Below are positions 12,385 through 25,314 of a stretch of DNA of 64,000 bases, piece after piece. Location: assembly GCF_006345805.1 (NCBI RefSeq), contig NC_043004.1, positions 46,066,001 through 46,130,000 of the forward strand. The letters are read 5' to 3'. The DNA comes from Octopus sinensis. Taxonomy: Eukaryota. Within the stretch, counting starts at the first letter, position 1; each line of letters starts with the position of its first letter. The notes below the pieces were generated by a model. It was not told the DNA's origin and ran no database searches. It was given only the letters and a program-made list of their open reading frames with translations. The translations under genes and the position numbers were made by a program.

Positions 12385-12700
12385 CTTTTCTCTAAATATT
12401 TTTTTGATTATTTTTCAAACTTTCATGCCCTTTTTTTTCACACCACTTCCTCACAATTCCCTTCTTGATGCTTCCATTCATTACATATTTGCAGTTTTCC
12501 ACCCATTTTCCGATTCCATTGGGAATATCCCCCCCTCCTGGGTGTTACCGGCTGTCTCAGGTAGCATATATACTAGTTTCATCCTGTCTCTTTGGTTTCT
12601 CTTCGTGTTGATGTATGGACAATTAAAGTTGTTTTAGAGTCAGATCATGGCTGCTATTTTCAGCATGGTGGTATCTCATAGAAACCCTAATTTATAATTT
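12385..12700 (+). repeat. Interspersed repeat (probable PLE pLTR), homologous to 27545-27750
   Basis: Shared TTTTAGAGTCAG..TGGCTGCTATTT..GTGGTATCT..AGA.ACCCTAA.TTATAA. Ends at an AT tract. Confidence 0.55.
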
Positions 12701-12758
12701 TAATATATATATATACATACATATATATATATATAATATATATTATATATATATATAT

Positions 12759-12793
<35 letters not shown>

Positions 12794-13146
12794 ATGTAGT
12801 CCAACTATGTTTAAAGCGCCAAAAAATAGCAACGATCACTTAAATATATTTTAAAACGTACAGCGTATCAAATACCCATGGCAACAAATTCACTTGCTAA
12901 TTCTTGGATAACGATGGAAAGGAAAATATATCACAAGAGTTCGAAGCTTCAGTAAGTTTTAATAAGTTGTCTAGTATAATTTATTTTCAGTATGTATAAA
13001 CAATAAATCGAGGGCGTTTACACAGCGAATTTAATTCAAGAGAATAAATGATTTCCTCATCTGGAATATCGAAATAAAACTTGAAATGAACACCTTGCTA
13101 TGAATACATATTAAGTAGTTTATTATTAATGAATACCATTACAACC

Positions 13147-13177
13147 GGGAGAGAGAGAGAGAGATAGAGAGAGAGAA

Positions 13178-13229
<52 letters not shown>
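13147..13229. repeat. (GA)n microsatellite
   Basis: Direct reading of the sequence. Confidence 0.95.
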
Positions 13230-13233
<4 letters not shown>

Positions 13234-13790
13234 ATTGCAAATGAGAACGAACAATTTTGCCAGAACATTAATATTGTTTATCAAATGCTAAAACCTACTC
13301 TGCAGTGAACGTAAAACTTGACAACAAATATTTAAATTTGTGATAGTAAATAATAACCAGACGCTTCGAAAATGCCTTTGTATCAATACATATTAACAGA
13401 GGAATTTATAAAAAATTTCCTGAGTCAAAGCTATAATGTGGTTATTATGGAGAGTGTGACTAACTGACTAACTGAGATAACAGAAATTTATATGTTGTTA
13501 TATAGCTGAGTCAATCTGTTATATATATTTATCATTAATAATTTGTAGAAGTTATATAGATAGACAAATAGATGGATGGTTGGACACACAAACAAACATA
13601 CACACACACACACAACACACACACACACACACACACACATACACAAGTCGAGAGCTGTGAGAACACATGGGAATGGTGTTTCATTATTTTTTCAAATATA
13701 CCCAAATTTAAAATGATTTAATATAACGATATCATTCATTCGGCATGTGTTGAAATATGCCAAAAACAATTTAATTCCTCACAAATACAT

Positions 13791-14198
13791 ACTCTCTTTA
13801 CTCTCTTTTACTTGTTTCAGTCATTTGGCTGCAGCCATGCTGGAGCACCGCCTTCTAGTCAGGTAAATCGACCCCAGGACTTATTCTTTGTAAAGCTAGT
13901 ATTTATTCTATCATTATCTTTTGCAGAACCGCTACGTTACGGGGACGTAAACACACCAGCATCGGTTGTCAAGCAAGGGTGGGGAACAAACACAGACACA
14001 CAAACATATACATACATACAAATATATACATATATACGACGGACTTCTTCCAGTTTCCGTCTACCAAATCCACTGACAAGGCTTTGGTTGGCCCGAGGCT
14101 ATAGAAGAAGACACTTGCCCAAGGTGCCACGCAGTGGGAATGAACCCGGAACCATGTGGCTGGTAAGCAAGCTACTTACTACACAGCTCCTCCTGCGC
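13791..14198 (-). mobile_element. Full-length tRNA-derived SINE family A (octopus OR-like)
   Basis: Reverse complement of the 43416-43820 copy: head GCGCAGGAG..GGTAAG..GGTTCATTCCC, CCTTGGGCAAGTGTCTTCT core, internal microsatellite, tail GGCGGTGCTCCAGCATGGC..AAGAGT repeats. Confidence 0.9.
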
Positions 14199-14334
14199 TT
14201 ATATGTTATTTTATATATATAATTTATGTGTTACTTCTATTTACAGAAACTTGCTACAAAGCATATTTTGCTTTAAATTAGTATCTCATTGTAGACATAA
14301 TTGTCAGTAATCATAGGGTTTCTATTTCTCTCCG

Positions 14335-14790
14335 CCAATATTTTTACATTAGCCTTCTTTTGAACTCTGTATAATGCAACAGACAGACGACATTGTGAAA
14401 AGAATTGTGTCCGAAGATAGGTTCCAATTTGTTCAAAAGTCTGTCCCTATGCATTGCTGCACATCAAGGCAGAAGCTGGAAATTGTTTGCGTGTAAATGT
14501 GAATTGAAATTCCATTTCTTGAGAGAGATGTCGTACTCTTGGGATTAGCAGAGCTGATCCTACATAAGGACCCAAAACAACCTCGGCCTCAATAACTTGA
14601 TCATATAAACTGACACAATGATATAGCGTGTGTTATTATAATGTCCATTAGTAGCATCTAAATTTCTCAAAAGCATTATACAGAATTTTTTATTCTGCTC
14701 GAGAATGTGTTTGTGGAAACCCTGATGATGTAAGTTTGTTGACGAAATCGACTGTGTACAGACTTTGATTATCAAATGTATCTGAACTTC
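14335..14790 (-). mobile_element. Helitron RepHel PIF1-helicase fragment (pseudogenised)
   Basis: Frames give FVNKLTSSGFP, IMLLRNLDATNGHYNNTRYII, DQVIEAEV..LLIPRV..FTFTRKQFP and GQTFEQIG..FS..LSVALYRV. These match the PIF1/Helitron motifs IMLLRNL..GLCNGTR, RRQFP and SQGQT..LYVALSRV. Confidence 0.85.
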
Positions 14791-14814
14791 TTTATATTTT
14801 TAGCTTACCAGAGA

Positions 14815-14888
14815 TCCTGATATCGGTTGTGAAGCATGTGCCGGGGGACGAAAACAGACACACATAAACACATACATGCTTATATATG

Positions 14889-14953
<65 letters not shown>

Positions 14954-15110
14954 GTACGGCGGGTTTCTTTCGGTTTCTGCTTACCAAATCCACTCACAAA
15001 GCTTTTGTCGGCCCGAGGCTATAATAGGAAAACACACTTACCAAGGCGCCACGCAGTGGTACTGAAGCCGGGTCAATGTGATTGTCAAGCAACCTTCCTA
15101 CCACACAGGT
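14815..15110 (-). mobile_element. SINE family A, partial and diverged
   Basis: Contains TACCAAATCCACTCACAAAGCTTTTGTCGGCCCGAGGCTATA and CCAAGGCGCCACGCAGTGG. Confidence 0.85.
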
Positions 15111-15141
15111 ATAACTAAAATACAGATAACTTCTTATGCAG

Positions 15142-15181
<40 letters not shown>

Positions 15182-16254
15182 TATATATATATACACCGGT
15201 ATATTAAAGAATTTTCAACTTATCATAAATATTCATTTAACAAATCTGATAATATTCTTGAAATTGTGCCTAGTATCAAAGTTCTAGCGCTATTATTCAA
15301 TCATCATTAATAAGAATACAAGCGAGTGAGAGTGAGATCTGTTGCAAATAACGTAAAATGTCGCCTGCAACGAATTAATATTGTATACTAAACATTAACA
15401 TCTACTCTACAGTGAATTCAACGGATATTAAAATTTATGAAGAATTGGACGCAGGGAATGCAAGGAATATTTAAATTGGCGAGAATTTGGAATTTAAAAA
15501 TTCATCAAACTTCATGAATCGAAATTATCTGAAATTTCTTAGAACATGAATTAATAACAATATTTTCAGACATTAATATTGCTTTCTTTTAGTACTTTTA
15601 GTAATTCTTACATACATAATTAATAAGCACCTTTCTCCACTGTAGTATATATATGCAACCGTAAACCGTAAGCGCAAAATATGACATATATTTTTTGAAG
15701 ATATCAAACATGGAATTAGCAATTTCCAAAAATTACAAGTAGTTATTATCTTCCTTTGGAACACGATGTTGTCGCAAAATCAATAAACAATACCATTTCG
15801 AGGAAGAGACTGTCCTGCAATAAATGTAGACATTCCCCTTATATTGAAAACAATTACAACGTAAGGTATACTGACGGAATATTCCCACCAAAACATAGGT
15901 TGAGCAATTAGTAACATCCCGTCTCGTGTGTGGATTTTCCGTTTATTCCCATATCGGGTTACACGTTCACTTTTAGAACTTTTCATTTGATTAATGCTTC
16001 TTATTTTTACCATTTAGTTGAATATTTTTTGTACAATGACTATTTCTGTCACTCTTTCTCTCTATTTGACCTTTCATTCTCTCTCTACCTCCTTCCCTCT
16101 CTTACAGATTTCCTTTTCTATTGCTTTCTGTCTCTCTGTACTCCATAACATTTTCTTCCTCCCACTACCACGTGACCATCCGCATAACTTTCATTTCCTT
16201 TTTGGTTTGATTTCTGACTCGATTAGTCACGTCTCTCTCTCCTTCTCTACTTCC

Positions 16255-16405
16255 AATCTGCTTTTATTCTATTACTTGTTTAAGTCATTTGACTGCGGCA
16301 ATACAGGAGCACCGCCTTTTCAAGGCTTTTCAGTAGAAGAAAGTGATCCCAGATCATATTCTTTGTAAGCCTAGTACTTAATCTATCGGTGTCTTTTACA
16401 GAACC
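16255..16405 (-). mobile_element. SINE family A 3' fragment
   Basis: TTACTTGTTTAAGTCATTTGACTGCGGC..GGAGCACCGCC..AAGCCTAGTACTTAATCTATCGG. Confidence 0.8.
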
Positions 16406-16639
16406 AGTAGCTTTTGCAGGGGGGCGGGTCGATGTTCTGTATTTTTTCGCGTTTCATTCTAGTTTTCCGTATGTTCCCTTTTTGTTTCCAGTCCCATAGG
16501 ACACTTTCCTATCCTTTGGTTACCCATATATTCGTCTTGTCTTAGAGCCGCACGGACTTATTTTGCTTGTATAATATATATATATATATATATATGTGTG
16601 TGGTGTGTGTGTGTGTATGTATCTATGTATATATATATG

Positions 16640-16737
<98 letters not shown>

Positions 16738-16810
16738 TTAATACTTAATATTCATGTTTCTGTAGTGTTCCTTTCATTGCTGTCACCAACCTTCCAATCT
16801 GTACACCCAG

Positions 16811-16870
16811 CAGCTTCTTACTTTCGATGACATCAAAAGTGAACAGCATTACTTTGAAAGGCGTGAAATT
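16811..16870 (+). CDS. Candidate host exon (QLLTFDDIKSEQHYFERREI), product unknown
   Basis: Pyrimidine-rich ..ACCCAG| acceptor and ATT|GTAAGG donor; 60 nt; open in phase 0. No homology recognised. Confidence 0.3.
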
Positions 16871-17689
16871 GTAAGGATCTTTTCAACCGGAACTGACGAG
16901 GAATTAGCAACGTTCTCTCACGTGTCGAAATTTTCCGGTTTTTCCTTTTTGTATTAATGCATACATTTTGGGACTTGTTATTTATTGTAGCGGTACGCAC
17001 CATTTTTCTTTTTATTTTTTTCCCATTCAGTAAAGATAACAGGCAAGATATTACTGTTTGGAAAAGATAAGATAAAACCTCACTTTTTCATAGTTTCACC
17101 TGCAGCCTTACGTTGTATTTGCGCACATGTTAGACGACGGAGCATGTATCTGATTCATCGCTAACTTCTGTTCATTACTTTCAAGCTGGATTGACTGACG
17201 AACAAAGACACACGTTTAATAACAAATCCAATGTTATATAAACGTTGCGTATGAATCATTTTATTCAGATGCATGTTTGTCCTGAATCGATTAATTATTT
17301 TTTGTAAGAGAGGGAATCTATTTCATATTGATTTCACCGATGAAAACAATTAAGATCGAAATTCGTACATTTAATTACGAGATAATTATTACTATTCAGA
17401 AATCAGAAAGTTGCTTATGAAATCATGCCTTCTACAAATATTTGCATTATATCCTCTTTAAACATATGTTTTATACTACAATGTTTATTGTGGAACTAAT
17501 ATCACAAATGACAAACATGTGGTATCTATTGGCAAAGCTTCAGATTTCAAAGTCATACACATACACAAACACACATACACATATGTATTGATGTACTCAC
17601 CGCTTTAAACATTCATCTATGGAACAGGTGTATGTCTGCAATGTATCAAACTATGCACGTGTATACATATAAAGCCTGCATTGACAAAC

Positions 17690-17820
17690 ACGTGTGTGTA
17701 GGGTAAAAGCTTTCCTCAGAAGCATACTGCCTGGGTTTCTATATTTACGTACCCTACGGAAAAACAAAATGCTTTGATTGACTTCGAGTTGCAGGAAACA
17801 TTGTAGACGGTCGTCGGATA
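17690..17820 (+). mobile_element. Highly diverged SINE family A head
   Basis: Weak match to the head and the GTAGACGG..GTCG segment of family A. Confidence 0.4.
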
Positions 17821-19444
17821 CACTGTATCTGTTGTATTAAGGTCCATCCTTGTCAACTGCTGTCACACTGGTGTCAAACTGTTTGTGCCTGAGATTTTTG
17901 GTTAATGACTTGTGCCTAAAGAATGCTAGGTCACTTCCTTCGTCAATTCAATGTGACATGTTCTCGGGATCGAACGTAAGGTTCGAATGTCAAGCATTGA
18001 AAGCATTATGAGAATCCATCATGTATACATATTCATACGTGTGTGTATGCGCGTGCGCGGGCATGTTGTGTCTGTATCTGCGCGTGTATACCTGATAGAT
18101 ATACCTAGACATAGAATCAACAGGTAAGATAGAAACACTACACATACACACATGCACACACATACAGACATGGGTAACAAACTATACCTACCAACATGTA
18201 TAGTAATCGAAATACATGAAAAAGAGATTAAAAATCGAGGTACCTTGTGTCAAGACGTCTAACGAGACATACTGCAGCTATAACGCAATACAACTGTTGG
18301 TACAGAAGAGCACCCCTGGGGCAACGGTGCACGATAGAGCGATACGATCGTAGTGAATGATAAAGAGTCTCGTGAATTCCACTTTCTTTCTCTCATATTT
18401 TATAAACTTCACGGACAAGAAAGAATTCCTGAAGTAAATTCAGTGGGACTGGCACCCATATTGTTGAGTACAGAGAACGGGCTTTAAACGGTGTTCTACA
18501 AAGTGTCTACTTAGATTTAAAACGGTTAGGAAACATTGTAACGGATCAGTGCTGGCTACAATTTCTGTAGAAAATGTGTAGAGATAACCACAAAAAGGTA
18601 TCTAATAGTACTGCTAACACGGTTGGATACAGTATTGACTTATAAAACCTTTAATAAGCTTGGTGGTAAATTATGGTTTCATAACTTACTAGGGTGTCCC
18701 TACAATTAGTACACGCGCACACACATACACACAAGTATATATATACATGGGCACACATACAGAAATACATTGAAAAGCACAAATATATTCCCGTAGCGAT
18801 AGGAATTGATTTAAGAAAGCAGCTAGATGAGGAAATAGGTAGACATTCGCTGAATAGATTGATCAATATAAACATCGTTAGGCAAATAGTTAGGTAGTTA
18901 GAGAGTTTGATAAATAAATAAATAGATAAATGTGTATCCACTTAGACAGATAACTGATATAATATGCAGTAGAACAAATATTTTCATGTGTATTAATGCA
19001 GGCATACACACTCACGTGGAGATGCACATACACTCATAACCACATATATATTTGTAATTGCATTTCACTTTGTGTGGATGAAAAAAAACATAACGTATAT
19101 ATCCTTCAGCAAAATGAACGAAAAGCGAACTAAAAACACATCTCTACATATTTATCGATTAAGCTAGAAGCAACTTGATGGAAACAGTAAGCTTTGCTTA
19201 CAAAATACACATGTTCATGAAAGTTAATGTTTTATTTTATTATTATTTTTTGTTTGAAGTTTGTGTTATTGAAATTTTTGTTATTGCAAAGTTTATTGTT
19301 GCGATTGTTGTAGTTGTTCGTGTACAAGATGTTGCTGATGATGCCTTCCTTTTCCCGAGATCCTTATTAAATAAGGCGTATTTATTGTGTCCTTTTATGT
19401 TCTCCATTTACTCTGCTTACATTTTATTATATTACTGCTCTTGT

Positions 19445-19451
19445 TGTTGTT

Positions 19452-19494
<43 letters not shown>

Positions 19495-19508
19495 GTATTA
19501 CTACTACG

Positions 19509-19543
<35 letters not shown>

Positions 19544-19551
19544 AATTACTA

Positions 19552-19590
<39 letters not shown>

Positions 19591-19667
19591 GTAGTAGTAG
19601 TAGTAGTAGTATTATTGTTAATATTATTATTATCATCATCATCATCATGATTATCATGATTATCATT
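19445..19667. repeat. Compound (ATT)n/(AGT)n/(ATC)n microsatellite
   Basis: Direct reading of the sequence. Confidence 0.95.
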
Positions 19668-19668
19668 A

Positions 19669-19780
19669 AGGCCTCGAGCTGGCTGAATCGTTAGCACGCC
19701 GGGCGGAATGCTTTGCGGCACTTTCCCTGTCTCCAAATTCTGAGTCAAATTCCGTCGAATTTCAGGACTTTTGCTTCCAG
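19669..19780 (+). mobile_element. tRNA-derived SINE family B, truncated
   Basis: GAGCTGGCTGAATCGTTAGCACGCCGGGCGGAATGCTT..TTCTGAGTCAAATTCC matches 42457-42688. Confidence 0.8.
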
Positions 19781-19785
19781 TAGAA

Positions 19786-19868
<83 letters not shown>

Positions 19869-19869
<1 letters not shown>

Positions 19870-20070
19870 GGCGACCTGGCAGAATCGTTAACATGCCGAG
19901 CGAAATGCTTAGATGTATTTCGTTTCTATGTTCTGAGTTCAAATTCTGCCGAGGTCAATTTTGCCTTTCATCGTTTCGAGGTGGAAAAGTTAAGCACCAG
20001 TGAAACACTGGGATCGATGTAATCGACTAGTCCCCTCCTCACAAATATCAGGCCCTGTGCCTATAGTAGG
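19869..20070 (+). mobile_element. tRNA-derived SINE family B
   Basis: GGCGACCTGGCAGAATCGTTA..GAGTTCAAATTCTGCCGAGGTCAATTTTGCCTTTCATCG..TAAGCACCAG..GATGTAATCGACT. Confidence 0.88.
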
Positions 20071-20131
20071 AAAGGCTATCATCATCATCATTATTATTGT
20101 TATTATTATTATTGATGTGGTTGTTATTATT

Positions 20132-20835
20132 TCATTGCCTTTGCACAGCTTCTAACGCTGGAGATGTACTCCAGTTTTTCAGTTGTTCACTACCAGTGAA
20201 CTAAGGTAACACCCATTATTTTTCGAGCACCATCCGGAGTCTCCTAGCGGTTCCAAGGAGTGCTGTTTTCTGCATGATCTCCACACTTATTCCAGCCCCT
20301 ATGTGTTCCATGTACTTTTCAAGATTTTTACTCACTGTTCCTAGGGGTCCGACAATTATTGATACTACTGCCACCTTTTTCAGCGACCGCAAACGCGTAA
20401 CATCCGAAGCTAACCTGTTATATCTATCGACTTAATCTCTTCCTTATCGCATTCTTGTTGTGGGGTGGGCATGCTATATCTATGATCCAGCATCATTTGC
20501 TTCCTTTCTCAATTAACATTATGCCTGGTTTCCTATTCTCTGATGTATTGTCTATTCTGTATTTGATATAATTGGTCCTTAATACTTGCTCTTGGGCAGC
20601 ACAGTTACATCCTCCGTTTCCGGTTTTAAATCACTTTTAGTCAACCATAATCATCTTTTTACTCTATCTGTGTTATCTTCAACATCCCTATGAAATTGTC
20701 CATGAATTCTATTCTTTATCCACCTATTTTCAGTTTCATTCATTCTCAAGTGTTTGTAAAATGCTTTATCTTTGCAAACTTCCATCCTACACAAGTCTGA
20801 CTTTCTTACCCTAATAATAGCAGTACTGTGGCATG
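20132..20835 (-). mobile_element. 5'-truncated, decayed RLE-type non-LTR retrotransposon 3' end
   Basis: Minus strand encodes KKVAVVSIIVGPLGTVSKNLEKYMEHIGAGISVEIMQKTALLGTARRLRMVLE. Homologous to 26457-27320. Flanked by ATT-type repeats. Confidence 0.85.
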
Positions 20836-20838
20836 ATT

Positions 20839-20857
20839 ATTAATATTATTATTATTA

Positions 20858-20924
<67 letters not shown>
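20839..20924. repeat. (ATT)n, the 3' flank (TAA)n of the Dong-like element
   Basis: Direct reading of the sequence. Confidence 0.95.
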
Positions 20925-20927
<3 letters not shown>

Positions 20928-21021
20928 TAGTTTTATTTTTATAGTGTGCTTTCACTTCACTACCGAGCGCAGCTCTGTGTGCCTTGGGTATGTGCTGTGA
21001 TTTGTTGTGATGCTCTGATGG

Positions 21022-23649
21022 TTATTGTATTGAAAGTGTTCTGCGTAGGATGTGTGCAGTGCCTAGTAGTGCAATTTTCTGTATGTTATATGTGTTTGTA
21101 AGTCCTGGTGTTTTTGTTATGTATTTGTCTGAATATTTTTTTATCATGCCTAATTCACCTACTATGATAGGAATTGTTTCTGTTTTCAGGTTCCACATTC
21201 TAGTTACCTCTATTTCCAGGTCTTTGTATTTTGAGAGTTTCTCCATTTCTTTTAGAGACACGTTGTCATCTGCCGGTATTGATACATCAATTAGAAAGCA
21301 TTTTTTTTCTTCATGATCTCTGACAACTATAACTGGTCTGTTGGCCTTAATTTCTCTATCTGTGTGTATCGGCATATCCCAGAGTATGGTTGCTTTCTCG
21401 TTTTCTGTTACCTTTTCTGGTGTGTGCCTATACCATCTTTTTTCTGTTGTTATTCCATAATGTTGGCATAGCTTCCAATGTATGTAGGTTCCAACTCTGT
21501 CATGTCTGTGAATATATTCCTTCTTAGCCAGGACTGGGCAGCTAGAGATAATATGATTTATTGTTTCTTGTCCATCTCCACATATTCTGCAGTTACTTGT
21601 TATATTTCTTTTCATTACATGTTTTTGGTAATTTCTGGTGGGGAGGCTTTGGTCTTGTGCTGCAATTAAAAATCCCTCTGTTTCTGCTTTGAATCCTGAG
21701 CTTCTCAACCATTGTTGGGATTTTTCTTTGTCTATTTCTTTTGCGTTTAGTTTAGTGCAGTATTTACCATGAAGGGGTTTTTCTTGCCATCGTTTTATCA
21801 TGGCTCGTTGCTGTTCTATTTTTAGTTTGGATTTCATTTGTTTTATAGCTTTTGTTGTTTCTTCATCATCTTCTTCTTCTTCTTTGTGTTTATTAGGTGG
21901 TATGATTTCTTGTTTGTATTTGTCAGCTTCCTTAAATACTGAGAACAGTTTTTTGTTTTGCTCGTGTTTTGCTGCTATCTGGATCAGTTTTCCTTCCTTC
22001 TGAAGTAGGTATTTTTGCAGTCCTATGGTGGTTATTTTATAGTAGTTTTCCAGCTGTATAAGTCCTCTACCACCTTCTATACGTTGTATATATAGTCTTT
22101 CTATGTCAGATTTTGGGTGATGCATCCTAGATCCTGTCAGTATTTTTCTTGTTTTCCTATCTATTTTGGACAGTTCATTTCGTGTCCAGTTAAGGATATT
22201 GTAGCTGTAACTTATAACTGGGACAGCTAAAGTGTTGATACGTATTATCTTGTTTTTAGCATTGAGCTCTGTTTTTAGTATTGATCTAACTCGTCTATAA
22301 TATTCTTTTTTTATTTTCTCTTTCATTTGTGTGTGTTGTGTCTTATCTAGTTCGTGGATTCCTAAGTATTTGTAAGTTTGGCTTTGGTCTAATTCTTTTA
22401 TTTCATTGGTTTTATCTAGTGTGATGTTGTTACTCTTAACTAGTTTTCCTCTTTTCATGGTTACTTTGGCGCATTTTTCTAATCCAAATTTCATATCTAT
22501 TTCTTTGGTAAATCCATGAACTGTCTTTAATAGTGTTTCCAGCTGTTTGTCATTTGCAGCGTATAGTCTTAGGTCATCCATATATAAAAGGTGGCTGATC
22601 GTTTTGCCGTAACATTTATATCCGCATCCAGTTCTATTTAGCATATCAGATAGAGGTGACAGTGCCAAGCAGAAAAGGAGTGGAGAGAGCGTGTCTCCCT
22701 GGAATATTCCTCTTCTAATGGGGATGTCTTTGGTTTTCATGAGTCCCTCTTTTGTTTGGAGGTGTAGGACTGTTTGCCATTTATTCATAGAGTGCTCTAT
22801 GAATTTTATGATTGTTGGTGCTACTTTGTTAATGGCTAGTGTTTCGAGGATACATGTGTGGGGGATGCTATCAAACGCCTTTTTGTAATCAATCCAGGCC
22901 ATACTGAGGTATTTCTTCTTTCTGTGGCTGTCTTCAGTTATGGCTTTATTAATCATTAGTTGATCTTTACAGCCATATGAGCCTTTGCGGCATCCTTTCT
23001 GCTCTTCTGGGAACAGTTTGTTTTCGTCCAGGTGCTTGTTCAGCCTTTGCGATATCACTGCAGTAAATGCCTTGAACATAGTAGGGAGGCAGGTTATTGG
23101 TCTGTAGTTTTCTGGTTTTGTTGTTTCATTTGATTTGGGAATTAAGATGGTTTTCCCCTTCGTGAGCCATTCAGGCATTGTCCCTGGCTCTGCTAGTATG
23201 CTGTTAAAGTTTTCAGCCAGCTTTTTGTGCATTCCTGTTAGATATTTCAACCAGAAGTTGGGGATCTTGTCATGCCCAGGTGCCTTCCAGTTGCTTAGTT
23301 TTTGCAGTGCCTGGGTGACCTCTTCAGTTGTTATGGGGGTCCAAAGTTGTTCAGATGCCGAGTTTGTTATTTTCATACTCCTTTTTTTTGGCTGTTCGTT
23401 CGCCGACCATATTTCTTTACAGAATTCTTCCAATTCTTCTGCTGTTGGTGCTGCAGTGACTTCTATTTTATTTTTGCCCAGTTCTTGGTAGAACTTTTTG
23501 GGGTCGGAGTTGAACTTTTTGTTCTGTTCAAAGAAGCGTTGGCGTTTCTCGTACCGGCGGATCCTTTGAGCATTGGCAAGGATATCTTGCTTCAGCTTTT
23601 CTTTTATCTCCGGCAAATCTTTTTCTGTGATGTTATATTTGCGGAGCAT
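21022..23649 (-). pseudogene. RT-CCHC-RLE portion (875 aa) of the retrotransposon ORF
   Basis: ORF track. YMDD is intact, but the RLE PD motif reads PV (NRPVIVV). Confidence 0.9.
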
Positions 23650-23855
23650 TTTTGTTCTCTTTTTGTTGCTCAGTAGCGTTGCTTGTTTGCTGATTTCATT
23701 AAGAATCGACAGGTCTTTTCAAATTTTTTTTATTTTGTTTTGGATGTTATTTATCCACAGGGTTTGTTTGGGTGGTGGTACTCCTGTTTGGGCGGGTTTG
23801 GGTGAGTATCCAGCTTCTTTTGTGGCTGCAGTGGCTGCTGCGTATATCAGGTCAT

Positions 23856-24665
23856 TTAGTTCAGTGATATCACTTTTTTTGTTTCAGTGGCTAGTTCAGT
23901 GACGGCTAGGTTTATGTTGTTTATAATTGGTGTTGTTATTGCGTTTATTATTATTCTTGGGAGGTATGGTCGGTGGTCCATTTTGAGCTCTGTGGTTTTT
24001 AGTTCTTTGATTATTTTATTTTTTATATTATCATAATCATTAGGCTCCCCTTCGTTGTTTACATCGTGTTTGTTGGTAATGTTGCGTTTGTCTTCGTGTT
24101 TTACAGTTTCAGTGTTTATATTATTGGGCATTGTTGTATGGCTTCTATCTACATTTTCCTGGTGTATTTTTTCTTTTAAATGTTCTACTTCTATTTCTGA
24201 TATTTTTTTGGCTTTGAGAATGTATCTTCGTACGTTAGCTAATTTATTAGGGTTCATTGCTGTATCCAAGTCTATATCTCTATTATTTTCCTTCCATATT
24301 TTATATGTATGTGTTGTTGTATTTTCATTTTGTGGGTAGAGCATTGCTGTGAAGTATGCGTGTAAGATAGAAATGTATTCCTCACGTGCCCATTTACGTC
24401 TTTTGGGTTTTAATTGCGGAACATGAGGTACAACGTCCGGCCCATTATTTTGACGGTCGTCACTTTCGTAGGGTACCGGTCCGTTTATTTCTGTTGTCAC
24501 ATTATTTCGCACGTGTAGTTTTTCGTACATTTTTTGTTGTAGGTTTAATGTACGTACCGCTCGATTGTTATTCTTGGGTTGAATAGTATCGGTGGCATTT
24601 AATTTCTTCGTAGTTCCTTTGTACATGGTGTTTGAGGTCGGGGATGATCGTGTTGTTCCACGCAT
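23856..24665 (-). pseudogene. N-terminal portion (269 aa) of the same ORF
   Basis: Joins the RT frame after a frameshift in the T7 run (23874-23880) and an in-frame TGA at 23719-23721. Confidence 0.8.
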
Positions 24666-24884
24666 GTTTACATGTGTTGTGTTTGAGGTGGAGATAATAT
24701 CGAGTCAAAATACATCATTTCGTTTCGAAAATAGTAATAAATTTCAATTCGTATTACTTCCTCGGATATAGTCCAATTCTTTGTTAGTAAATCTTTGGCT
24801 CCATAGGGTGTCCTTGTTTTCGATGTTTGTGGATAGATTTCGGAGCTCTGTATTTTCCTTCTTACATCTTAAACGTCCCCGGTG

Positions 24885-24905
24885 TCTTCTCTTCTTCTTC
24901 TTCTT

Positions 24906-24975
<70 letters not shown>

Positions 24976-25066
24976 TTATTATTACTATTGTTATTATTAT
25001 CATCATCATAATCATCATCATCATTATCATCATCATCATCATCATCATCTTCATCATCATCATTAT
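24885..25066. repeat. Compound (CTT)n-(ATT)n-(ATC)n microsatellite
   Basis: Direct reading of the sequence. Confidence 0.95.
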
Positions 25067-25099
25067 CTGGGAGCGATTGAGATCGATCTGATCGTGTAC

Positions 25100-25250
25100 C
25101 CGCTCTCACAAAATATTAGCATAATGCCTATATTAGGAAGAACAGCATTTCGCCTGCCTTTACGTTCTGAGTTCATATTCCGCCAAAGTAGACTTTGTCT
25201 TTCCTCCTTACGGGGTCGAGAAGATAATTACTACATACATATTGGATTTA
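25100..25250 (+). mobile_element. Diverged SINE family B
   Basis: CATTTCGCCTGCCTTTACGTTCTGAGTTCATATTCCGCC..GACTTTGTCTTTCCTCCTTACGGGGTCGA. Confidence 0.75.
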
Positions 25251-25314
25251 ATATAGACTATCTGTAGAAACGATTATTATTACTATTATTATAATTTTAT
25301 TATTATTACTGATT

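Larger units (their letters stand above)
20925..24880 (-). mobile_element. Near full-length RLE-type non-LTR retrotransposon, R4/Dong-like
   Basis: Single long ORF broken in two (24665-23856 and 23649-21022). Contains an N-terminal KWAREEYISILHAY..NKLANVRRYIL domain, RT motifs (NYRPITCLP, DYKKAFDS, GIFQGDTLSP, YMDD), a CCHC finger (CRIC..HIISSC) and an RLE (RHD..NRPvIVV..FLIDVSIP..K..KY). About 95-nt 3' UTR, then (TAA)n. Clade assignment is inferred from domain order and target. Confidence 0.9.

Noticed and set aside
16885-16940. CTGACGA..GAAA flanked by the complementary ACCGGAA/TTCCGGT
   Set aside because: No room for stem III or a cleavage triplet, and stem II is poor.
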